In this document: one piece after another, positions 1-10,082 of the stretch
How positions within the stretch are numbered: position 1 is the stretch's first letter
Layout of the letters: each line of letters starts with the position of its first letter
From: Patescibacteria group bacterium
GTDB taxonomy: Bacteria; Patescibacteriota; Microgenomatia; UBA10105; UBA927
Direction of reading: 5' to 3'
Assembly (NCBI GenBank): GCA_035510735.1
Contig: DATKGN010000010.1
Span: 27,814 to 91,813 of the forward strand
DNA length: 64,000 nucleotides
The notes under the pieces: generated by a model
The model's input: only the letters and a program-made list of their open reading frames with translations
Told to the model about the DNA's origin: nothing
The model's database searches: none
Program-made: the position numbers and the translations under genes

Positions 1-1709
1 ACCTCAGGAGAAGGCTTGCGCGCCTGATCCCGCCGTAAAGCAGGAATTATCGTGGCGTCAGCCACTCCTGTCCCGATATACTCGATCTCCGGTTGAATAA
101 CTTGAGCGGGTTTTTCTACTTGCTCCGGCTCTTTGCTGATTTTCACAAAGCCATCTTTATCCAATCGTTGCGTGAGATTCCTAAGACTACTGACAACTAA
201 TTCGATCGGCATGTTGTATATTTCAGCTATTTTTTGCGCATCCATGTGACGGAGGTAAAAAGAGGAATACAGATGACCGAATGTTACGACATATTCAGCT
301 GAAAATGTGTGTAACTCATTTGTTGAAATATCTGAATCCTCATCATGAGTCGGACTCGTTTCAAAATAAAAGAAGTATCCATCTTTTGCGATAACCGGAT
401 CATCGAGCGTACCGTCCTCAAAAACATACGTCCCATCGGTTAAGAATAATTTTGGATTTGGGATAATAGTTCGTTTGCTTAATCCGATGGTAGCCCATTG
501 AATTTTTGTATCATCAAATCGTTCAGACCGTACTCCTAATTCATACAGTTTCTCATCAATGTCAGGCTCATTTTCCCAATCTTCTTCTGCATCAGCGTCG
601 TGTTCTGCGTCATCATCCTCACTAAAATTACTGGAGTCAAAATCAGCATCGCGCATCTGGTGAGCGTGTTCGATGGCTATATCATCGACGGAAAAACGCT
701 CGGAAATACCATATACGGACGACAATATATCCTGGACGTCGGCATTGATGGGTTGATCAGCGCGAAGACCTAAAAATACCCGGGTTATATCAACGTTATT
801 CGACCGTAAATATTCATCAAGAGCAAATATCATCGCCTTATTTGGATTGCCCCTTGAATCTTTATCAACACGCAGCACAAAAAGTATGCAACCCATCAGA
901 TGCACCATATCGTTATGATTCAGATGCCATCGGCTTTCCATGAGGGTCTGAGCAAGACGATGTGGAAAACCCGAGTCCAAACGACCGCGCGCCATACTCA
1001 TAACTTTATTTGCTTCGTCGCTATATTCATAACCAACGCGTTTACTTATCTCCATTTGATGTACACGTCCACCAACCCAATGGGCGCGCCGCGGCGAAAG
1101 CGCAGTACCTTTATATTGTATTTCCGGAAGCGATTTCTTTTGACGTCGTTTCTGAAATAATTCATGCATCATTGCATCGTTAAGCGCCCGGTTGATATCT
1201 AAGTCTGGCACTATGCGATGGACCAGACGAATATTTTCCATCATCTCCGTAGACACTTTGATTCCCGTCTTCTTCGGCATCGCGTCTGAGAGCTTATCAA
1301 TATCAGAATCCATCGTTACGGCTAAAGGTGAAAGCGGAACAATTGTCTTTTTTGGATCGGCATATTTGCTCCACACGGATAGTGTGTATATCAAACGATT
1401 CCTGGCAATTTCATCAAGTTGCCATCTACCGGTCTCTGCTGTTTGTTGCATCTCTTGTTTAGCCTGAAGTACTACTGTATCGGCTAAATTTTTATCAAGC
1501 GCCAACAGTTGCATCCATTGAAAGTGCAGATGTTCTTTTGCAGTTTGGGTCACTTCATTATCCCCGATAAGATGGAGATTCTTCAAATCGTCATTTGTTA
1601 TCCATTGCTGCGCATTATCAGCCATTTGGCGCAACTGGCCGATTGGCGATTGGGCGAAGCTTTGTTTCGCCTGAGAGAACTCCCGATCAAAACTGACGTC
1701 TACTACCAT
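1..1709 (-). CDS. Hypothetical protein, >568 aa, runs off the left edge; acidic central segment
   Basis: Manual minus-strand translation from ATG at 1709 (MVVDVSFDREF...); frame spot-checked open at ~610 and 1-40; absent from the ORF track because no stop lies in the window. Confidence 0.7.
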   Translation of the reverse strand, partial: MVVDVSFDREFSQAKQSFAQSPIGQLRQMADNAQQWITNDDLKNLHLIGDNEVTQTAKEHLHFQWMQLLALDKNLADTVVLQAKQEMQQTAETGRWQLDEIARNRLIYTLSVWSKYADPKKTIVPLSPLAVTMDSDIDKLSDAMPKKTGIKVSTEMMENIRLVHRIVPDLDINRALNDAMMHELFQKRRQKKSLPEIQYKGTALSPRRAHWVGGRVHQMEISKRVGYEYSDEANKVMSMARGRLDSGFPHRLAQTLMESRWHLNHNDMVHLMGCILFVLRVDKDSRGNPNKAMIFALDEYLRSNNVDITRVFLGLRADQPINADVQDILSSVYGISERFSVDDIAIEHAHQMRDADFDSSNFSEDDDAEHDADAEEDWENEPDIDEKLYELGVRSERFDDTKIQWATIGLSKRTIIPNPKLFLTDGTYVFEDGTLDDPVIAKDGYFFYFETSPTHDEDSDISTNELHTFSAEYVVTFGHLYSSFYLRHMDAQKIAEIYNMPIELVVSSLRNLTQRLDKDGFVKISKEPEQVEKPAQVIQPEIEYIGTGVADATIIPALRRDQARKPSPE

Positions 1710-1801
1710 ATATCTACATCCAGATTAACGGGAACCTGTAATAAAGTAAACATAGTCCAACATTTTCTTCTCTCCCCCGTTCGTATGGTATACTAATCCC
1801 C

Positions 1802-4087
1802 ATGAACGTTTCATCGTGGTGCACGAAAGTAATCCGTTGGTCGTTTTATCTTCTCTTCATCCTCGTGCCCTTAATTCTCACACCTGTCAATTACGAACTG
1901 TTTGAATTCAATAAGATGATGGTGACGTATGCCATAACGATCATTATCGCCTCAGCATGGCTCATCAAGATGGTGAGCGACCGGCAAGTACGCATCGTGA
2001 AAACTCCCCTTGACGTGCCGATTGCACTTTTTGTCGCATCCCAACTAGTCAGCTCCGTGTTTTCCATAGATCCCCACGTTTCGTGGCTTGGATATTACAG
2101 CAGGTTTAATGGCGGCATGTGGTCAGTGATTTCCTACGTCGTACTCTACTATGCATGCGTCACTAATTTTTCAACTTCAGGCTCCAATGAGGCACAACGC
2201 GAAGATAGAGGCTCGAAGTCTTCTATCATCTATCTTCTCCTACGAGTTATCCTGGGCACCGCCTCGGTCGTCGCTCTTTACGGCGTCGCAGAGCACTTCG
2301 GCATCGATAAACACCTCTGGGTCCAGGATGTGCAGGACCGCGTATTTTCAACACTCGGACAACCCAACTGGCTCGCTGCATATTTGATCGCACTGTTCCC
2401 CATCGCGATGGCACTCGCGTTACAAACTCAAATTACAAAACTCAAAACTCAAAATAATATAAAAGTTCCAAATTCAAAACAATTTGGTTCTTTAAATTTT
2501 GAATTTCCTTTGGATTTGGGGTTTTGGATTTGGAGCTTTATCTCTGTTCTTTTTTTCCTCGTTCTTCTGTTTACCCGTTCACGCTCAGGACTTTTAGGAA
2601 TTACTGTCGCTGACGTATTATTCTGGGTCGTCATGTATTTGAGCACAAAGGATGTCAAACGGATACTCCCAGCTGGAATTCTTCTCCATGTTCTTTTTGT
2701 CGTCATCGTGTTTTTCAACGGAACCTCGATAAGTCAGATCGATAACCATTTCACTTTAAGCGGCATACAAAATATTTTTGCTAGTCACACCGCTTCAAAA
2801 GCGCCAACTCCTGCTCCGCCCGCATCAACCGGGCCGCAACTTGAAGAAGGCGGCACGGAATCAGGCACTATAAGGAAATACGTCTGGCAGGCGGCAGTTT
2901 TTGCATGGCAGAGCTCCGTCAAAACGGTTCTCATAGGGACGGGAACGGAAACATTTACCTTTGATTTCTACCGGTTTAGGCCTGCCGGACACAACCTCAC
3001 GAGCGAGTGGGATTTTCTTTACAATAAAGCACACAATGAATATCTCAATTATTTAGCGACAACCGGTTTATTCGGTTTAGGAAGCTACCTATTTTTTATC
3101 GGAGCGTTTATCGTTTGGTTTATTAAATCCCAAATTCTAAGCACAAAATCCAAAATAAATCTAAAGACTCAAATACAAAATTCAAAACAATTCGGAAATT
3201 CTGAATTCGGATTTCCTTTGGATTTGGAATTTGGAATTTTGGAATTGGCCCTCTTCGCCGGCTGGATTTCCATCCTCATTACGAACTTTTTCGGTTTCTC
3301 CGTCGTCATCATGCAACTATTGCTTTTTCTCATACCCGCCATGGCGTTTGTTATCTCAGAGTCAGAGTCAAAAATGCTCCGGGTCTACGTGGTGAAACTC
3401 GCTGTCCCATCATGGATTTCCTGGCTCGTCGCAATATCAGGCATCCTTCTCGTCGTCCGGGTCGGATCGTATTGGTACGCCGATAAACTCTATGCGACCG
3501 CCTATCGTCTCGCGAGGAGTGGACAGTACGCTCAGGCAGAAAACTATGATCTCCAATCGATTGCAATAAATTCCAACGAGCCCGTCTACCACGACGAACT
3601 AGCTACGACGATCGCAACTATAGCCGTCTCGCTCTTTGATCAGCAAAATGCAACGCTCGGAGGCCAACTTGCTAACCGTGCACTCAAAGAAAATGACCTG
3701 ACACTTATGACCTCGCCGCAAAACGTCAATTTCTGGAAAACGAGAACGAAAATTTTCTACTCCCTGTCGGCTTATGACCCGAAACTAAACACCGACGCGA
3801 TTAATGCGCTTACACAGGCGTCTGCGCTTTCTCCTAACGACCCGAAAATTTATTACAACCTAGCGATTCTGTATGGGCGCCAGGGAGATAATCAAAAGGC
3901 AATCAGCCTCCTCCAAAAATCAATTTCCCTCAAACGAGATTACCACGATGCGTACTATGCGCTCTATATATTTTATATTGATTTGAAGCAACCGGATCTT
4001 GCAAAAGGAGTCCTCCAAGATTACGTCAGCCATATTGACGCCAAAGATCAGCAATTTACGGAATTATTAGGTAAAATGGGACAATGA
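1802..4087 (+). CDS. O-antigen ligase (Wzy_C)-family membrane protein with C-terminal TPR-like repeats
   Basis: Multiple TM helices; motifs STLGQPNWLAAYL, TRSRSG, AHNEYLNYLATTG; TPR-like YYNLAILY..G...AI..LQKSI. Confidence 0.85.
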   Translation: MNVSSWCTKVIRWSFYLLFILVPLILTPVNYELFEFNKMMVTYAITIIIASAWLIKMVSDRQVRIVKTPLDVPIALFVASQLVSSVFSIDPHVSWLGYYSRFNGGMWSVISYVVLYYACVTNFSTSGSNEAQREDRGSKSSIIYLLLRVILGTASVVALYGVAEHFGIDKHLWVQDVQDRVFSTLGQPNWLAAYLIALFPIAMALALQTQITKLKTQNNIKVPNSKQFGSLNFEFPLDLGFWIWSFISVLFFLVLLFTRSRSGLLGITVADVLFWVVMYLSTKDVKRILPAGILLHVLFVVIVFFNGTSISQIDNHFTLSGIQNIFASHTASKAPTPAPPASTGPQLEEGGTESGTIRKYVWQAAVFAWQSSVKTVLIGTGTETFTFDFYRFRPAGHNLTSEWDFLYNKAHNEYLNYLATTGLFGLGSYLFFIGAFIVWFIKSQILSTKSKINLKTQIQNSKQFGNSEFGFPLDLEFGILELALFAGWISILITNFFGFSVVIMQLLLFLIPAMAFVISESESKMLRVYVVKLAVPSWISWLVAISGILLVVRVGSYWYADKLYATAYRLARSGQYAQAENYDLQSIAINSNEPVYHDELATTIATIAVSLFDQQNATLGGQLANRALKENDLTLMTSPQNVNFWKTRTKIFYSLSAYDPKLNTDAINALTQASALSPNDPKIYYNLAILYGRQGDNQKAISLLQKSISLKRDYHDAYYALYIFYIDLKQPDLAKGVLQDYVSHIDAKDQQFTELLGKMGQ
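2423..2535. repeat. In-frame degenerate AAATYC/GRATTT repeat hairpin, copy 1
   Basis: CAAAACT-type arm followed by a complementary TTTGGAT-type arm; similar to 3125-3247 and 38987-39106. Confidence 0.75.
3125..3247. repeat. In-frame degenerate AAATYC/GRATTT repeat hairpin, copy 2
   Basis: aaatcccaaattctaagcacaaaatccaaaataa...ggatttggaatttggaattttggaatt. Confidence 0.8.
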
Positions 4088-4632
4088 AGCAGCATATCGT
4101 TACCGTACCAAACGAAGTTTTGACAACCCCGTCGCGTCCCGTTAGTGCTTTTGACAAACGACTTCTCAAACTCATTGACGATCTAACAACTACTCTTATA
4201 GCAACGAGGAATCCTAAGGGCGTTGGACTCGCCGCACCGCAGATCGGTGAATCATATAGGATTTTTGTCACGCGTCCCCACGAAAAGGATACGATCCGCA
4301 TATTTATAAATCCTGAAATCATACATAAATCGGACGGAAAAACCCAAGGCGTGCCGGAGCGGGAAAATAAACTTGAGGGATGCCTGTCGATCCCCCATAT
4401 CTGGGGCAAGGTCGCGCGCAGTGCATCAATCACGCTCCGTTTTCAGGATGAAACCGGCAAACAGCACGAAGAGGATTTTAAAGGATTTTTCGCGACAATT
4501 ATCCAGCATGAAACCGACCACTTAAACGGCATCCTATTCACCCACCGCGTACTTGAGCAGCAGGGTAAATTTTATGAGTCCAGTCGCGACGAACACGGGA
4601 AAGAAATACTCGAGGAAATCGAATTAAAATAG
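4084..4632 (+). CDS. def: Peptide deformylase
   Basis: GVGLAAPQIG, EGCLS and QHETDHLNG motifs. Confidence 0.97.
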   Translation: MKQHIVTVPNEVLTTPSRPVSAFDKRLLKLIDDLTTTLIATRNPKGVGLAAPQIGESYRIFVTRPHEKDTIRIFINPEIIHKSDGKTQGVPERENKLEGCLSIPHIWGKVARSASITLRFQDETGKQHEEDFKGFFATIIQHETDHLNGILFTHRVLEQQGKFYESSRDEHGKEILEEIELK

Positions 4633-4640
4633 ACATCATT

Positions 4641-4744
4641 TGTCATCGCGAGTCCGTTCTTACGGCGCGGCGATCTCCAAAACCTGCATGTGTAGGACGG
4701 AAAGATTGCTTCGTCGCTCGACGACTCGCACGATCGCAATGACA
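4641..4744. repeat. REP-like palindromic element (TGTCATYGCGAG...GCAATGACA family); its end supplies the likely fmt start codon
   Basis: Terminal inverted repeats and internal GCGATCT/AGATTGC arms shared with 14591, 39934, 41095, 61945. Confidence 0.8.
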
Positions 4745-5893
4745 CAGATAATAAAAATACTATTTTTCGGCTCGACGGCGGACTCGGTCATCGTCCTTTC
4801 ACGTTTAAACGGATTACGAATGACGGATTACGAATTACGTGTTGTCTGTATAGTAACCCAGCCGCCAAAACCCGTGGGACGACAACTCGTAATCACGCCG
4901 ACGCCGGTTGAAGACTGGGCGAAACAACATACCATACCGGTTGTCTCATTTGCGTCAAGTAATGAAAATCCGTCGCTCTACGAACGTGAAGAATTGGTCG
5001 CAGATACGCTCGCACCGTTTAAAGCTGACCTTCTGGTGAGCGCTTCCTACGGTCAGCGAATTCCGATGCGGACCATTAACGAAGCCCGGTTCGGCGGCCT
5101 CAATGTCCACCCGTCAATTCTCCCCCGCTGGCGGGGCGCCGACCCTGTGCCATGGGCAATTCTTGCCGGCGACCATCAAATCGGCGCAACAATAGTGACA
5201 CTCACCGAAAAATTCGATGAAGGCAAAATTATCGCGCAAAAGAAAATCTCAATTATGGATACGGATACATCCGATCCTCTTCGAACAAAACTTTTTGATC
5301 TGGGAGCCCACCTCCTCATCACGTCTCTGCCTAACTATCTTAGTCAAAATCACAAGGAATTCCCTCAACAATATAACAATAAAACAATAAAACAATCATC
5401 TTCTTATGCCCGTAAATTTGTACGGGAAGACGGCTACATTCCGTGGGAATTGATACAGGCGGTTATCCAACCGGCGACAAGGAACACGGAACAAGGGACA
5501 AGCAAATCGGCAAATGTTTCAACAATAGAACACTATAACAATATAACAATTATAAAAGACTACCTGAAGTGTAGAGGCAGTTCCGATCAGGATAAGCCTC
5601 TCGGTGTGATTCTTGAGCGTTTTTTCCGTGCGCTTTCCCCATGGCCGGGGGTTTGGACTAAAATAACAATTCAACGAGAACAACAAATTAACAAATTGAC
5701 AACACAACAAAGCGATAATACAACAAAACAACGAAATAACACGGAAGAAAAACGGTTAAAAATACTCGCTTGTCACTTACAACCTACAACCAACAACCTC
5801 ATTCTGGATTCCGTCCAACTCGAAGGCAAAAAATCGGTTTCGTGGAAGCAATTTGAGGCTGCTTATTTGTACCAATCAACCCCTCAGAAATAA
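4739..5893 (+). CDS. fmt: Methionyl-tRNA formyltransferase with several low-complexity insertions
   Basis: FFGS, VTQPPKPVGR, NVHPSILPRWRGADP, PWPG and QLEGKK motifs; follows def; start moved to ATG 4739. Confidence 0.93.
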   Translation: MTQIIKILFFGSTADSVIVLSRLNGLRMTDYELRVVCIVTQPPKPVGRQLVITPTPVEDWAKQHTIPVVSFASSNENPSLYEREELVADTLAPFKADLLVSASYGQRIPMRTINEARFGGLNVHPSILPRWRGADPVPWAILAGDHQIGATIVTLTEKFDEGKIIAQKKISIMDTDTSDPLRTKLFDLGAHLLITSLPNYLSQNHKEFPQQYNNKTIKQSSSYARKFVREDGYIPWELIQAVIQPATRNTEQGTSKSANVSTIEHYNNITIIKDYLKCRGSSDQDKPLGVILERFFRALSPWPGVWTKITIQREQQINKLTTQQSDNTTKQRNNTEEKRLKILACHLQPTTNNLILDSVQLEGKKSVSWKQFEAAYLYQSTPQK

Positions 5894-5905
5894 CACCGTA
5901 AACGA

Positions 5906-6213
5906 TTACGTTTGCGTTTCCGGATTATCAAAATACAACTCCGCGGAATTTGCCCGTTTATCTACAATCACATAATACATGTGACCTTTTTCTAATAGTG
6001 AATTATTTTTAGGCCTATCAAACGGCCACTCAATGAGGAGCTGCATTGTATCGGGAACGCCCAAGAGAACCCGTGCATCTGTAGCCGTAAGCGCAGGATC
6101 CCCATCCATTGAAATGCAATCGGCTTTCCGTCTGACATATACACAATCGTCATCTTCGCTGGGTTAATTACATCGCCTTGTTGGGCTAAAAGTTCATTTC
6201 CCATAAAATGCAT
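5906..6213 (-). pseudogene. Two overlapping short ORFs, possibly one frameshifted hypothetical gene
   Basis: ORFs 5992-6213 and 5906-6109 overlap in different frames; together they fill the gap between fmt and the 6287 gene. Confidence 0.35.
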
Positions 6214-6286
6214 TATACTCTAACGTGAATAGTCGTTGAAACTTTCACACAAATATCCTATAATTTGTATTCCTAAAGAATAGCAT

Positions 6287-8038
6287 ATGGCAATAGAATC
6301 ACCTCAATGGCTCAGCGACTGGACCTCAAACAACCAGGAACAGGTCTTTGATGTATCAATCGAAGAACGGTACGACGAGAATCTCGAAGAAACCGGCCTT
6401 GTCATTCACGGTCAACTCGCAGTGTCACAGTTTGACGGCGATACAACGGTTGCAATCTCAACCCCTATTGAAGTAGTTCCAAATGAAGATGAAGACGGTT
6501 GGTTTATGGATATTGAGGCCCGGATTCTCGAGCTTGATAGCGTAGTTGCAGAAAAAATGGACAACCTCATTGATGTATTGGAATCGGAGTGGCATAGATA
6601 TGAAACTGAGGTACTGTCAAAAGACGGTATTATCCTAAATTCCGGAATCGGTGACCCGGACGCCGATGAAGAAGCGGAAATCCCTTATGTTCAGATTGAA
6701 ACGGGAGATGAAGATGAGGGAGGAGACCATCCGGGCATCTCCTTATTCTGGGAAGAAGCAAGCGGAAAAGATCCACGGGAAGTACTTAACGCTAAAACCG
6801 CTATCATCCAGACACTATTCCCCTATTTTCGCCATTTTACTCAGTGGTTTATCGAAAACCGCCTCCCGGAGATTGAAGCACACTTAGCACAAATGCATCC
6901 TGATTGGCCTAAACACGTGCTTCAAAATTATCCCAATGCTCATAATATCCACGAAGATCAAAATGAAGATACAACATATGTATATGCGGATCTCACGGTA
7001 AACAACAATGGAAGCATGTCAGAAACACCCGTCAGGATACGGTATGAAGACGCTAACAGCGTCAATAGTGACATCAGTGTGAATCTCGTTATATGGTCAG
7101 CCGCGACCGATGCTGATAATAGACTTTTGAATAGAACAAATCGTTTAGCAGGAGGACTTCGGGATGACTGGGGGAAATTTACAACATCATCGCTTCATAA
7201 GGCATATAAGCGCGCGGGCCTCACGGACGATGAGATAGACGCAATACGCCCATATTTTTTCTTATTGGATGTTTTTACCGATAAATCCTTGCCGTCAGGC
7301 ATCTCATTGAGCCCGCATCTATTCGGGCAGGGATCTGAATTCACATCCGAAGATTCTCTTGCCTCAATGCTTTCCGTTCTTCCGAAATTATACCCCGAAG
7401 TCCGTAGATTCCTTGAAAATTTTTTCAATCATAGACTTCCGGAACTTGAAAAACAACGGGAAATGAATACAAAACAGAAACCAGATGGCATTATCGGATT
7501 ATGGGCATCTACACCCCGCCAATATTTTGTCGAACCAAAACATGAGTGGATCGAACCAGAGATGGGTCTTGATCCGTATATCGAACTTATTGCCGGTAAA
7601 ATCGTGGGTGCAACGGGCACTGTCTTAGATGGATATGAAATAGCACTCACGGACTATACGAATGAATACCATGAGGAACAGATGAAAATATCTATAAAAC
7701 TTCCCCAATATGTCGTCCGAGCTATCGAAGCCAATCAAAAACAGTTTACTGAATTAATGAGGAATCTTCAGAATGATCCGCAGAGCTTACCGGTTACTCC
7801 AACCATTGGAGATATTCAACTGCCGACTGACTTAGAAATTATGAGAGAAATAAACGGCAATCACGTATTTATACTCATGCATTGGATCGTCAATCGAGAG
7901 GTTTATACGTCCTTAAAAACGGTCGGGTGGACGAAGCAAATCATATTGGGAGAGCTCTATCCGCAGTGCATGAATATGTTTTTCGCATGGCAGCCGCATT
8001 TGGAAACCTTCGCCTCGGGATTTAAGACAACCTCTTGA
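6287..8038 (+). CDS. Hypothetical acidic protein with three internal ~190-aa repeats
   Basis: 583-aa ORF; recurring L[FY]P..........(N)RLPE.E-like motif. Confidence 0.8.
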   Translation: MAIESPQWLSDWTSNNQEQVFDVSIEERYDENLEETGLVIHGQLAVSQFDGDTTVAISTPIEVVPNEDEDGWFMDIEARILELDSVVAEKMDNLIDVLESEWHRYETEVLSKDGIILNSGIGDPDADEEAEIPYVQIETGDEDEGGDHPGISLFWEEASGKDPREVLNAKTAIIQTLFPYFRHFTQWFIENRLPEIEAHLAQMHPDWPKHVLQNYPNAHNIHEDQNEDTTYVYADLTVNNNGSMSETPVRIRYEDANSVNSDISVNLVIWSAATDADNRLLNRTNRLAGGLRDDWGKFTTSSLHKAYKRAGLTDDEIDAIRPYFFLLDVFTDKSLPSGISLSPHLFGQGSEFTSEDSLASMLSVLPKLYPEVRRFLENFFNHRLPELEKQREMNTKQKPDGIIGLWASTPRQYFVEPKHEWIEPEMGLDPYIELIAGKIVGATGTVLDGYEIALTDYTNEYHEEQMKISIKLPQYVVRAIEANQKQFTELMRNLQNDPQSLPVTPTIGDIQLPTDLEIMREINGNHVFILMHWIVNREVYTSLKTVGWTKQIILGELYPQCMNMFFAWQPHLETFASGFKTTS

Positions 8039-8082
8039 CAGAAAACCAACTTCACCGTACGCTCAATATAAGGAGTAAATAT

Positions 8083-8346
8083 ATGGCAAAACGAAGAACA
8101 TCACGGTCAAATTTTAAAACAGAAGATTTCGGTTCATGGAACTTTGTTCTCTTCTTAACGCTCGCATTCATCCTCCTTGTCGTACTTCTATCAGCCATGA
8201 AGGGCGTCAGCAACGATATTAGGAGTAAAGCTGGCTTAATTTGTCCGACGGTTGCCCTCCCCAGAGCCGAAGATTGTCCGGGCGGCTGGAAATATATGCG
8301 GGACGTGACGAACGGCTGTCCAACCTTCGTGTGTGAAGCGAAATGA
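8083..8346 (+). CDS. Small single-TM protein with a four-Cys C-terminal motif
   Basis: AGGAG upstream of ATG 8083; TM helix; C-x9-C-x12-C-x4-C. Confidence 0.75.
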   Translation: MAKRRTSRSNFKTEDFGSWNFVLFLTLAFILLVVLLSAMKGVSNDIRSKAGLICPTVALPRAEDCPGGWKYMRDVTNGCPTFVCEAK

Positions 8347-8388
8347 ATAACGTATAACCAATTGACAAATTAACCAATTAACAAAAAT

Positions 8389-8751
8389 GTGAAAACATTT
8401 CGTTTTCTTGATTTTCCCGTTTATAAGGAATCAAAACTCTTTCATCAATACTGCATTAAAATAACCACAGCATTACCTCGAACATATTGGGAATTAGGTG
8501 ATCAATTGCGACGTGCTGCACTCTCCATTTGTTTGAATATTTCAGAGGGATCAGCTAAATATTCTGACCGAGATTTTAAGCGTTTTATTGAAAACGCATT
8601 AGGGTCCGCAAATGAGTCATTCGCATGTCTTGATATCGCGATTAACCAGAAATTAATTACCCAAAAAACATTTCTAGAAGGGCAAACGCTAATAGAGAGC
8701 ATTACTAGGCAACTTGGAGGATTATCAAAAAAGCTTCGTGCGTTTTGTTAA
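8389..8751 (+). CDS. Four helix bundle protein (23S rRNA-IVP/TIGR02436-like), copy 1
   Basis: F..F.VY, DQLRRAALSI.LNISEG and A.GSANE signature. Confidence 0.9.
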   Translation: MKTFRFLDFPVYKESKLFHQYCIKITTALPRTYWELGDQLRRAALSICLNISEGSAKYSDRDFKRFIENALGSANESFACLDIAINQKLITQKTFLEGQTLIESITRQLGGLSKKLRAFC

Positions 8752-8788
8752 TTTGTTAATTTGTTAATTTGTTGTTTCCGTCAATTTG

Positions 8789-9055
8789 TTAATTAGTTAC
8801 TTTGTTAATTGGTAAATTTGTCACAATCGCGGCTTTCCTGATATCAAACTTCACCCGTTTAATGCATTTTGCACACGAACGGACTCTGGTTGAAACCCCA
8901 TGAATCGGCATCGTAATCCAGTGAAGGTTCGGGGCAAACGACCGCACGGTCTTTTGTGCACGTTTTTTCCACTGTCCACCAGCAACACCTGTGTGATGGG
9001 TGTGCTGTCTTCCTGCGTGAGTTTTTTTACTGCAAAGGTCACATTGGTACGCCAT
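8789..9055 (-). CDS. rpmB: 50S ribosomal protein L28
   Basis: CDLCSK...RSFAPNL...CAKCIK; C-terminal tail encoded by the TTGTTAAT repeat tract. Confidence 0.88.
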   Translation of the reverse strand: MAYQCDLCSKKTHAGRQHTHHTGVAGGQWKKRAQKTVRSFAPNLHWITMPIHGVSTRVRSCAKCIKRVKFDIRKAAIVTNLPINKVTN

Positions 9056-9067
9056 ATTAAAAGAAAT

Positions 9068-9151
9068 GAGAGCATTAGTGTTTAGAATTTAGCGTGAATT
9101 AATTAACTGAGCCCAAGTCTCTAATGCACTAAACTCTAATTTACTAAGCTC
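9068..9151. repeat. TTAGAG/CTCTAA degenerate repeat hairpin upstream of rpmB
   Basis: gagagcattagtgtttagaatttag...tctctaatgcactaaactctaatttactaagctc. Confidence 0.8.
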
Positions 9152-9175
9152 CTCTATTGCCGTATACTATACCAC

Positions 9176-9823
9176 ATGATCGGCCAATTGATCAATAACC
9201 CCATCGCATTTGTCTTCTGGATCATCGCGCTCGTTGTTGCTATATCGATACACGAATTTTCCCATGCGTTTATGGCTGACTACCTCGGAGACCCCACGCC
9301 CAGGCTCCAGGGCCGGCTCACACTCAATCCACTCGCCCACCTGGATCCGATCGGTACGATACTGCTTCTCATCGCCCGGTTCGGCTGGGGAAAGCCGGTC
9401 ATCTTTGATCCGTATAATCTACGAAATCCGAAGCGTGACAGCGCGCTTATTTCTATTGCCGGCCCCATCTCAAACTTCCTCCTGGCATCAGTTTGTGCGA
9501 TTATCGTACATTTTTTAATGAATATAAATTCCACAGCCGTTGACGTACTCATTGCGCTTCTCCAATCCATCATTGTCCTCAGTGTCATGCTCGGAGTGTT
9601 TAACCTGGTCCCGATCCATCCGCTGGACGGATTTAAGATTGTTGAGGGGATATTACCCGATGAATATGCAAGACAATGGCACGAGCTTCAACCGTACGGG
9701 CTTATTTTCCTCCTGTTTCTTGCGTTTCCGATTCTCGGGAATGTCGCACCGCTAACCCGCGTGATCTCACCGGTGATTAATGGAATTCTTGGGATTTTGC
9801 TGCCAGGGACTTCGCTGTTCTAA
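9176..9823 (+). CDS. Site-2 protease family (M50) intramembrane metalloprotease
   Basis: HEFSH, AGPISN and FNLVPIHPLDG motifs. Confidence 0.93.
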   Translation: MIGQLINNPIAFVFWIIALVVAISIHEFSHAFMADYLGDPTPRLQGRLTLNPLAHLDPIGTILLLIARFGWGKPVIFDPYNLRNPKRDSALISIAGPISNFLLASVCAIIVHFLMNINSTAVDVLIALLQSIIVLSVMLGVFNLVPIHPLDGFKIVEGILPDEYARQWHELQPYGLIFLLFLAFPILGNVAPLTRVISPVINGILGILLPGTSLF

Positions 9824-10011
9824 TGATGCGTAGGTGGACCACCTTCATCACCCGCGAGTGCTGCCGCCAAGTCTTGTTCCTGCATCTGTAATTCACCTTC
9901 ACCGAGAAATGGTATTGCGAATAGCCAAAGGGTTAACAGCTTCGTAATCACATTGCCGGCAAGCGCTGCTGCTTCTTTAGCTTTTTCATAGGGCGCAATC
10001 GTTTCGCTCAT
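9820..10011 (-). CDS. Small hypothetical protein
   Basis: 63-aa ATG ORF filling an intergenic gap. Confidence 0.4.
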   Translation of the reverse strand: MSETIAPYEKAKEAAALAGNVITKLLTLWLFAIPFLGEGELQMQEQDLAAALAGDEGGPPTHH

Positions 10012-10082
10012 GGGGTAATTATATCATTTAGCGCTTCATATTTGGTACTTTCTTGATCCTTACAGTATAATAACCATATTGT

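Noticed and set aside
900-1796. Three plus-strand ORFs at the left end
   Set aside because: They are shadows of the long minus-strand ORF (1-1709).
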